From NCBI GenBank assembly GCA_951406725.2, contig OX597818.1, positions 7,440,001 to 7,504,000 on the forward strand: DNA of 64,000 bases. Reading direction: 5' to 3'. Every line of letters begins with the position of its first letter. Position 1 is the first letter of the stretch. The stretch is from Octopus vulgaris. Taxonomy: Eukaryota. Below are positions 54,161 to 64,000 of the stretch, piece after piece. A program made the translations under genes and the position numbers. The notes under the pieces are model-generated. The model searched no databases and was not told the DNA's origin. It was given only the letters and a program-made list of their open reading frames with translations.

Positions 54161-54548
54161 AAGTAGCTTGCTTACCAACTACATGCTTCCAGGTTCATTC
54201 CAACTGCGTGGCACCTTCGGCAACTGTCCTCTACTATAGCCTAGGGCCGGCCAAAGCCTTGTGAGTGGATTTGGTAGAGGGAAACTCAAAGAAGCCCGTC
54301 GTATATATGTATATATATATATCTATGTATGTGTGTATGTGTGTATGTTTGTATCTGTGTTTGTCCTCCTAGCATTGCTTGATAACCGATGCTGCTGCAT
54401 TTATGTCCCCGTCAGCTAGCGGTTCGGCAAAAGAGATCGATAGAATACGTACTGGGCTTACAAGGAATAAGTAACGGGGTCGGTTTGCTCAACTAAAGGC
54501 GGTTCTCCAGCATGGCCACAGTGAAATGACTGAAACAAATAAAAGAGA
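54161..54548 (+). mobile_element. SINE family A, 3' part (split by insertion)
   Basis: Resumes AAGTAGCTTGCTTACCAACTACATG...GGTTCATTCC...GGCACCTTCGGCAA through tail CTCCAGCATGGCCACAGTGAAATGACTGAAACAAATAAAAGAG. Confidence 0.92.
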
Positions 54549-54673
54549 ATATATGACAGGACACAGATAGTGTGTCTATAGCCAGCGGGAGGAGGTGTCT
54601 TCCTGGGGCTACAAACTACAGTAGCATCCACCCTTTTGGGTTAGCCATATTCAAATGGCATATATGCATCACG

Positions 54674-54720
<47 letters not shown>

Positions 54721-54809
54721 TGCACAAACACACACATATATACCTGTGTGTATGTATATGCGTAGATGTGTGTGTGGTTGTACCTGTCACACGGCGATGG
54801 AGATTAGAT

Positions 54810-54935
54810 TATTCAACTACTAGAACAACCTATAGCTGAATAAAGTGTATTTCTTCCCACGATCTGACACTTGTACATCTAACATAATTCTCAGGCAGAT
54901 TCAGTGTGACGTAGTTTGTGACAAGGCTGTAACTT
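54810..54935 (-). mobile_element. SINE family C tail fragment
   Basis: Reverse complement CAGCCTTGTCAC...CACTGAATCTGCCTGAGAATTATGTTAGATGTACAAGTGT resembles ~58955-59020. Confidence 0.55.
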
Positions 54936-56759
54936 TCGACTATCATTCAGCTACGGTAGTAGTTGAATAATATTCTTAAGGCCGCAATTTACTCACACGT
55001 AGCATTTTTCACAGCTACTCGCTAATGCAGTCCTTAATTTGTAATAAAATGTTTAGTTTTAATAAAAGCTAATATTTTCTAAATCTAAATATTTTACGTG
55101 AAATTTTATTCTTAGCTGCAATATTTTAGGTAAACATTTTTTTGGTCTGTACTTTACCAAATGTAATTAACTGTCTTGAACTTTACCAAGTGTAATAACT
55201 TTTCCTGTAATTTTCCAAGTTTATAGTCTTAAAAATAGTCTTTCTCTTGCTTGTATTTTTCCATGTAATAAATACTATTCAGCTGACAGCTGTCTAGAAA
55301 GATTCCGCCAATAAAATTTTACTCATAAATTATGGAACGATCCGAAGTTACTGAAAATCATATTTACCCCAAATGCTAATCAGTATGCAAAAGGCAAATC
55401 AGTAACATCATGTATTTGTTATGTTACAAATTCTGAACAATTCTGTCATAATGTGACTATATTTATATTATCTTATCTCAAACCAAACGAGTGGTAGTAT
55501 AGAATAAATAAGTGAAGTTGAAAATGCACCAATCTTTTCAGAGACGCCTGACAAAACGCATTTGGTTCTATCCTGAGTCATTGGTAATATGATATTTGCC
55601 TTGCACCGACATGTTTTGTGTATGATTGCACCACGTGTCTATGAAGATAACTTCTCGTTAATTAATTGTTTAATTGATTATTTTCATTTATTATATCGTT
55701 TATTTCTGAAGCTATTCATCATTCACTCTGAAGAGCATCACGTTTTCGTTAAATAATTAATGGCTATGAACATCTCTTTGAAAGTATAAAATAATTTGCT
55801 GTTAACTCCTACGAAAACCCTAGAGATATTGCATTGTCATACAGTATTTTTTGGGCTATAAAACATTGCAAAGTACGCACCACTGTTGGTCTTACTATAT
55901 CTTATCAATTCCAGAAGGAGAAATAGAAAATCCTTAGAGGGTAGTGAGATATGAATGTAGACTGATAAAGTTTGAGCGAGTAAAGAAAAAAAATTAATCG
56001 TTGCCGAAGTTAGATAAAACAATGATCACCTCCACGGAATTTGAATACACATCACTGAGATTTGGAACGAATAGGGCAAAGCATGCTGCCCGACAGCGGA
56101 ACGGTACTGCCAATTTGCTTATATTAAATGTGCAATAACACAACTGTTGTTTTAGTAATATAAAAATATGCCGAAAACATCAGAAACTGTTTTTTTTTGG
56201 CCATCATTTATTATTCTCTCAGTGTGCCTGTGAAAGTGTTTCTGCAGAAGTATATCTATTACTGTGCATATGTTTCCTGTGATAAATCTTATCGATGTCA
56301 GTGTTTAGAGCTATTGTCAATATTTGAAGTTAATGTCCCTCGAAATTTTTCCGTAAAATTATCTCTCGACAGGAAACTATTTCTGCCATGTAGAAAAATA
56401 CATGTTTTTTCTACTATAGACCTTTTTGTACAGTAGTCATGCATTCCTCAGAGTTGTTATGGGTACGCCATTAAGAATTTGAGCTACTGATGTTGATTAA
56501 TACATGATTGGTCATTTATTTTCTCTAAGATGTGTGAGGCTGGATACTTCTGTCTGCCGTTGATTATGAAATTTCTATAGTCATCGGTAGTGAATCTTCA
56601 TCTAACGAATACTTTATTTGTTAGATGACGAGTCATTGCCGCTTACCGTATCTAAGTGTCAACAGAAAGATATTATAGCAGTATGGAAGAGAACCGTATC
56701 AACCTTGAGCCAGCAGATGTAGGATAAAAGCTTCTCAGCAATGAATATTGTATATATCG

Positions 56760-57560
56760 TTGCCTTCCAGCAAGGTTACCGAAACCTGGGGGTCACCATC
56801 AATTGCAAGAAGATACAAGTCATACACGTATCATCAGCAGTCAAGAAAAACAATGGGAAACCAGCCATTGGAATTGTTGGAGTGGTATGAGAAATCATGA
56901 ATCATTTTCTGTGTCCCTGAAGTTATCTCTTTCAAAAGCGACGCCGATGACGAAAACCACCATCGTCTCAAAAGCGCCGGTGCTACTTTTCGGCGTCTCC
57001 GAACCAGAGTGTTGTAGGATCGAGATGTTCGAACTGACATTAAAATAATGACATACAAGGAAGTAGTCATTCCCACACTCTTATCCGCATCCGATAATTG
57101 GATTACGTACAGAAGGCACAAAACTTCTTGAAAAGTACAAACAACGCTGTCTTTGTAGTATCAACTGGGAAAAAGGGGGAAACACCAGTGTTGAAAGAAG
57201 CGAACATGACCTCCATTGAAATTACCATTATCTAGAAACCGCTGAGAAAGCCCGGTCATACAGCCCGGATGAAAAACTACTGTCTACTGAAGCAGGTTCT
57301 TTATTTCCAACTAAAAGAAGGAAATTGAAGAAGAGGGCAAAAGAAAAGATTCAAAGATATCCTGAAAGCCAACTTCAAGAAATCTAGTATTGACGTTGAG
57401 AACTAGGAAAGAAATGCGCAAGATCGAGAATGCAGGAGATCCATTATCAAAGAAAGATTAACAACTTTTGAAACCAGTAAAACTACCGAGCCAGAAGAAA
57501 GGAGGCACAGAAAAGACAGATAAGTATCCCCTGTCCCATATGTGGAAGGGACTTCCGAGT
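56760..57560 (+). mobile_element. RTE/BovB-like LINE fragment
   Basis: HRLKSAGATF..LRTRV..DRDVRTDIKIMTYKEVVIPTLL.ASDNW..YRRH, LLEKY.QRCL, KQVL..QLKEG, GQKKRFKDILKANFK, AQDR. Confidence 0.85.
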
Positions 57561-58209
57561 AACAACTGAACTCTTCAGTCACATCAGAATCCATAACATA
57601 AAATAAATAAAAACCAACAGTTTCGACCCCAAGTGCTATCCTTGAAAACAAATAATTGTCGAAAATCTTTAAAGTTATGAAGGTTTTAACTCATATATCT
57701 ATCGGGACGAGCATTTATTCCCCTTTTTGGTCGAAGTTATGCTAAATTATTTGTGATGTTCTTCTTTGAAGCCAAATTAGCGCTGAGTGAGCAGATATTA
57801 TCAAAGGCATCCCACGCAGTCATTATAACGGCAATTTTTTATGATACATTTATTCTCCTTTTAATATGGCGTTGAATCTTGCTGCTAGACCTAGTAGTAT
57901 GACCGGCCAGAGAATGCTATCTTCGTTGGTTCAGGAATAGTATACATGCTATAAATTTTAAACATAAACTAACCCGCGAAAGGATGTAAAATGTAAGACA
58001 GTGCTAAGCTTCTCAGGTGTGTAGAATTACGCAGAGCACTTATCGTGCATAATTTTATCTATGTTGAAGATTCAATGTCATACAGTTTTCATCAGTTAGT
58101 TGTATACTGCAACCTAAGATTTTGCTTTGTTGCACAGTTATATTTCCATACAAAATAAGAAAAAAAATATTATTAAGCCAAATACAAATGAAGGAAGAAA
58201 CGAAATATG

Positions 58210-58266
<57 letters not shown>

Positions 58267-58737
58267 GAAAAAGAAAACATTCAAGAATGGTGGAAAGCCA
58301 CTTTCATTAGGAATTGAAAGCTAAAATAATTCAGAGCATTACCATGCAAAATAATTGAATTAGGTTCATTTAAACGACACGACATGAATTGGAAATAGGA
58401 TCAAATCTACCTTTTGGCACCACCAACCACTTCAGCAATACAAATAGAGAGGAGGCTAGAACGGGTACCATATAAAAATATAAAAAAGTCAAACTTATAG
58501 TAAAAGACGAGAAGAAACCGAGTAGAAGGAATATTTAAAGGAGGGAGAAAAAACTGAAAACCTCTGGTTCAATATAAATATTCTGCCTGCTTTAAAATTT
58601 CTTTTCTTTTTACACTTAATAATATATTTCTTCACTTTTAATGATTGTTTTTGGTTGTTTTTCTACAAGAGATATAATATTTCATGCATGTATGTATGTA
58701 TTTTTATCTGTCAGTCTGTCTGTATATATCTATCTGT

Positions 58738-59118
58738 GGAGGCGCAATGGCCCAGTGGCTAGGGCAGCGGACTCGTGATCATAGAATCGCGGTTTCGATT
58801 CCCAGACCGGGCGTTGTGAGTGTTTATTGAGCGAAAACACCTAAAAGCTCCACGAGGCTCCGGCAGGGGATGGTGGTGATCCCTGCTGTACTCTTTCACC
58901 ACAACTTTCTGTCACTCTTACTTCCTGTTTCTGTTGTACCTGTATTTCAAGGGGCCGGCCTTGTCACTCTCTGTGTCACCCTGAATATCCCCGAGAATTA
59001 CGTTAAGGGTGTACGTGTCTGTGGAGTGCTCAGCCACTTACACGTTAATTTCACGAGCAGGCTGTTCCGTTGATTCGGATCAACCGGAACCCTGATCGTC
59101 GTTACCGACGGAGTGCTT
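58738..59118 (+). mobile_element. tRNA-derived SINE (family C), well preserved
   Basis: A box TGGCCCAGTGG and B box GTTTCGATTCC in a tRNA-like head, followed by a body and the tail shared with 316-624. Confidence 0.85.
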
Positions 59119-59193
59119 CCATCCATATATCTATCTATGTGTGTATGTATATATATACATACATACATACATACATACATACATACATTTATA

Positions 59194-59604
59194 TACAAAA
59201 TTAAGAGGAATGACCAGTAAATAATATGCTAAACATAGACGTCAAATCACCATTACCACAAAGAAAGTGTGCTCAAGAAAAATCTCAGCAAAATGCAAAA
59301 ATGTAAAAATGAGCAAGACAAATGAAGATATACGAAATAAAAAAAAGATTACCTACGTATCAACGGTTTCACTTGTTAATATCTACGTATGCAAACACGT
59401 AGATGCCTCCAAGATCGTCAGCGTAGTCTGTCGCTTACAAAACACTATTTCCAGAACTAGATACAGAAGGCTCAACCGAACTCGAACATGTATAAAGTTC
59501 TACATTTATATTTGGGTATCATTTTCAAATGTCTTCACTTTGGCGCGCTGAGGCTGGAAATTAATTAGGTGTCCACTTTAGTGGTCATTCCTCTTAATTT
59601 TGTA
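59194..59604. repeat. segment bounded by 23 bp perfect inverted repeats
   Basis: TACAAAATTAAGAGGAATGACCA ... TGGTCATTCCTCTTAATTTTGTA. Confidence 0.75.
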
Positions 59605-59697
59605 TGTAACACAATTTTTAATCTTCGGATTTTTTAAATATGCTAAGCCACTGGTTATTTAATTAATTAATATCAATTTCTACCCGTATGTAATTTT

Positions 59698-59767
<70 letters not shown>

Positions 59768-59773
59768 ACTGCG

Positions 59774-60708
59774 TCTATTTGTGGTGTCCTGTACTCACGT
59801 ATATATATATTTATATATGCATGTATATATACATGTAGATGTAGGTACGTACACATATGTATGTATGTATGCATATATTTTATTTATTACACTATTGTAT
59901 GACTGAACGCCTTCGCGTCGATTCGATTCGATTCGTTCCGTTTCGTTTCTCCTTTTTCTCCCAGTACAGTTTTTATATATAATTATGACGCGAAACCCTA
60001 TACCTCTTTGCTTAACCTTCCCTTCTCTCCCTTTTTCTCTCTCTCACTCCTCCTCATCTCTCTCATAGCCGTTTGTCTTCCTCTATCTCTCTCTCTCACT
60101 CCTCCTCATCTCTCTCACAGCCGGCCAAATACTTCCTTTTGCATGCGGCCTTCTAACTGTAAACACATGGTTTTCTTGCACTCCTTGAATCTCTCTTCGT
60201 CTAGGAAAAAAAAGCCCTCTTTGGTTGTTTTGTTGTGTGTTTTTATTTTTTGTATTGTATTTTTTTGTAATTGTATTTTTATTTTGTATTTTATTTTGTA
60301 TTTTATTTTGTAATTTTATTTGTATCGTTTTTACGTCCTGTTTGTGTCACATTTTGTTCTTTCCTTGTTTTTACCCCTCTGCGAAGTAATTTCCTTTAAT
60401 TTCTTCGCAGGAAGGGCTAGTTCGACGAGTCGTGTTCTGTCCTCACCTTCGAAACACGCTGGAGTTGAACTAGGGACAGCTGATGAAGGGGATTTTTCCT
60501 TGTGTAGTTTGTCTAGTACTCTGTTTTTTCTTTGTAAAGAAAGGTCCGTTCCGTGATTGTTTTTACGTTTTCGTTCTCGTTGAGTTCTGCTTCTATTTGT
60601 GGTGTCCTGTACTCACGTATATATATTTATATATGCATGTATATATACATGTAGATGTAGGTACGTACATATATGTATGTATGTATGCATATATATTATT
60701 TATTACAC

Positions 60709-60710
<2 letters not shown>
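59774..60710 (+). mobile_element. non-coding element flanked by ~120 bp direct repeats
   Basis: TCTATTTGTGGTGTCCTGTACTCACG...TTTATTACACTAT at 59774-59893 and 60592-60710, enclosing a CT-rich then T-rich core. Confidence 0.65.
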
Positions 60711-60747
<37 letters not shown>

Positions 60748-60805
60748 ACATATATAGATATATATGTATATATATATATATGTATATATACATATATATG
60801 TATAC

Positions 60806-60891
<86 letters not shown>

Positions 60892-61034
60892 TTCTACATA
60901 TAAGTATGTATATGTAAATATGGATGTAGTAAGCAGTGAATCTCTGTACATAGTTACGAGTATGCGTCTCTATCTATAAAACGTTATTTATATATCTGTA
61001 CGTTTATACGTATACATTTAGAATACACACACAG

Positions 61035-61087
<53 letters not shown>

Positions 61088-61094
61088 TATGTAC

Positions 61095-61125
<31 letters not shown>

Positions 61126-61209
61126 TGTATGTATGTATGTATGTATGTATGTATGTATGTATATATGTATGTATGTATGTATGTATGTACGCATCTGTCT
61201 GTCTATCTA

Positions 61210-62456
61210 TCAGGTCATCCTAAAAGTTCTGTCCGATTTTACCTTTTTTAAAATTGAATGGAATTTAATAGTAATGTCTGATGGAATTAAAAATTATTTT
61301 TATGTATTTGTGTACATTTAAGCCAATTAAATATTATTTTACAGCATAATAGAATTAAAATTTCTTTGATTAAAACTCTTTCTAACATGGAAGTATCCAA
61401 AGACCATTTAAGTCACATAATGCATTGTGAGTACAAATAAAGGGAAATACTGCAGCCGAAGCGATTTGAAACATACACTCAGTTTATGGGAAACAATGCT
61501 TGAATGAAAGAACTTACAGAAGACGGTTTGCAAAATTCAGAAGTGGAGATTTCAGCCAGATGAATATCGAACAGGACGTCCAGTTGAGTTTGATGATTAC
61601 TCCTTAAGGCATTACTTGAAGAAAATCCTACATTATCAGTTGAAGAATTGGCAATAAAGTTTAGTTGAAACCATACAACTGTTCATCGTCATCTTCAAAA
61701 ATTTGGAAAGGTTTGTAAACTTGGAAAATGTGTGCCTCATGAATTGTCCGAAAGCTACCGCAAATCCCGAGTTGACATCTGCTCTTCTCCTCATTCTCGC
61801 GAACTGATTTCACCCTTTTTGGATAGACTTGTGGCTTGTGAGGACAATGGTTCTTCTATCGAAATGTTAAACGTCGTAAACAGTGGCTTGGTAAAAGGGA
61901 AAAAGCTCAACCACAATCGAGAAAGGATCTTCATAGAAAAAAAAGTTTTTCATTCTATCTGGTGGAATTGCAAAGAGTAATTGACTTTGAACTGTTAGGA
62001 ACTAATGCAACAATCAATGATCAAGTCTACTGTCATCAAGTAGAGCGTTTGACAAGTGAATCGAAAAGGAGTGATGTTTCATCAGGACAATGCGCGACTC
62101 CACACTGCAAACATCACATCAAAGAAGATCGAAGAGCTTGGTGGAGAAAAAATTCCTCATCCACCTATTCTCCCGACCTTGCTCCTTCAGACTACCATTA
62201 GTTTCGTAGTTTACAGAATCATTTGGGGGACATAACTTTCGCAAGCCAGGAGGAGGTCGAAACTTACATTTCAGAGTTTTTCACTTTGAAACCAAAAGAG
62301 TTTTATATTGATGGGGTTGAAAAGCTTGTAAATAGATTGAAGGAAGTCATATATATTCAGGGAAAGTACATTGATGATTAAATTTCAATTGAATATAACA
62401 TTTGATCACTTGTTTTATTTATTCAAAATTCGGACAGAACTTATGAGATGGCCTGA
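61210..62456 (+). mobile_element. mariner transposon, full length, transposase (61387-62381) disrupted
   Basis: TIRs TCAGGTCATCCTAAAAGTTCTGTCCGA / TCGGACAGAACTTATGAGATGGCCTGA with TA TSD; motifs GKCVPHEL, IWWN, FHQDNAR, HPPYSPDLAPSDYH. Confidence 0.94.
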
Positions 62457-62880
62457 TAAATATCAAGGCATATAGATTGTGTGTGAGAGAGGGGAGAGAT
62501 AGGGAGAGAAAGATGGTGTCAAGGAAAACAATCTATTGGTGGCAGACGATATGGCTTAGAATGTTTACACATGATGCTATGCGCACGTGTGTGAGTTTCT
62601 TTCGCAATGTTCTGATACTCAATGTTATAATGGCGTGTGTTTGCAAAGGGATGAGATGTATGTTTATCCAATTATCTTTCTACAGACGTATTTGGTTGCC
62701 AATTATATTTCAAAAATCATACGCTTTTACTTGTATATGTGTGTGTTGCAGGAGTGAATTTAGCTTTCAAAGAGAGACAACAATAGTGAAACTAGGGTAA
62801 AATTATTGATGTGGATTTCCAGTACGGCTTTGTTCATGTCTTTATATGAGCACTTGTTTGTGTACAAATTTGAGTCGTAT

Positions 62881-62930
62881 ATACGGCTACGCATTTCGCC
62901 TGGCGTGCTAACGTTTCTGCCAGCTCGCCG
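62881..62930 (-). mobile_element. SINE family B head fragment
   Basis: GCATTTCGCCTGGCGTGCTAACGTTTCTGCCAGCTCGCCG matches ~35451-35490. Confidence 0.75.
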
Positions 62931-62984
62931 AAACTAATACTGCGTGAGCAATCTCATTTAGGCGAAATGTGATACCACCCTTCC

Positions 62985-63240
62985 TACACATGCGTTAAAA
63001 CTTTTGCGTCGGTAGGCCGCAACATTTACCGGCTGTTACACACAGTACAGATTCGCAGTGCACGCTCATAATGGCTTTACAGATGTGTAGTGCGCGTGAA
63101 CTGATCCGAGCTACCTGCGCAAAAATTTCGACGCATGCGCATGAAAGATGGTGTCACCTTTCAAACAAAGGGTTTCCCCCCATAGCACAGAAGCTTTGGC
63201 GGGAGCAAATAAAGCCGGATACTCTTTGAGTGCACATCGG
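62985..63240. promoter_or_regulatory. CpG-enriched segment with clustered promoter-type motifs
   Basis: CGCATGCGCAT (NRF1-like, 63132), AAGATGGTG (YY1-like), AACAAAG (Sox-like), GGGTTTCCCC (Rel-like) and TTTGGCGGGA (E2F-like) within ~75 bp. Confidence 0.3.
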
Positions 63241-64000
63241 ACATATACGAATACAATCATAATTACATCAGTGTATACTTATAGATATATAGTTATATGT
63301 TGAAGAATTACACATTCATATACAATTCCATGCATATGTATGTGTGTCTCTTAATATATTGCTATATACCTATGTTTGCGTCTCCGTATTTACAAGTATG
63401 AGAGTATGTGTTTCAGATTGTGTTCATACGCGAATACACGAATAAATGTATATTAGAGCATGCTTTCATTGCTTAAGTATCGTAAGACATTACCACGGTT
63501 GCTAAAGATAGGCACATTGGGAACCGAAGAACGCTGGGATCAGATTAAAATGTTATAAGAAAATAGCAGGGATTAATCAAGGGATCTTTTATGTATCTTT
63601 AAAAAGTAGCCAAATATACATATATCTATCATGCCTGGGAACTATTGAAATAGTTATTGTCAACTAATCTTATTAGACATGTAAGTTTCTCTCATGCGGG
63701 GAAACATGAAGGCATGCATGAAAAGAGCAATAAGTATATGCTCTTTCACTCCTCTCTCTTTCTCTTAATGTGTATACATACATACTTACACACATACATG
63801 CACACACACACCCGTATGTGTATGCTTGAGTGTGCTTGTATAGAGTAGGAGATGTGTGTAGTGTGTTATCAATAGTGATGAGCGAATGCAATAATTTGTG
63901 TGATGTTAATTCCTGTATATTTCAATAATAAATAATAATAATAATAATAATATTAAAATCACGAATTTTTCGGCGTATCAGTATGATTATTACCCTATTT

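Noticed and set aside
58738-58812. tRNA-like sequence with A and B boxes
   Set aside because: It continues into a SINE body and tail and has no clean acceptor stem; treated as a SINE head, as are the other tRNA-like heads.

Overview
AT-rich eukaryotic genomic DNA, very dense in microsatellites and decayed transposable elements. The repeat repertoire and composition suggest an octopus or other coleoid cephalopod (inference from recall, not a database result). I found no convincing host protein-coding exon; most ORFs in the track are translated microsatellites. Recognisable parts include three tRNA-derived SINE families, mariner, Tc1 and Tigger DNA transposons, a Chapaev-type transposase relic, RTE, CR1 and R4/Dong-like LINE fragments, a probable Helitron relic, Penelope-like remnants with hammerhead-like motifs, and foldback elements. 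The standout is a family of ~2-2.3 kb retroelements that encode only an ORF1/gag-like protein (RRM-like region, CCHC knuckle, unknown C-terminal domain) and no reverse transcriptase. They occur three times (30977-33231, 52190-54160 and a 5' remnant at ~34875-35188), each time at the same site in the tRNA-like head of the same SINE family. The two full copies have 15-16 bp target-site duplications and a conserved 3' stem-loop. This looks like a SINE-targeting, non-autonomous Tx1/L1-like ('half-LINE') system. All alignments and translations were done by eye.
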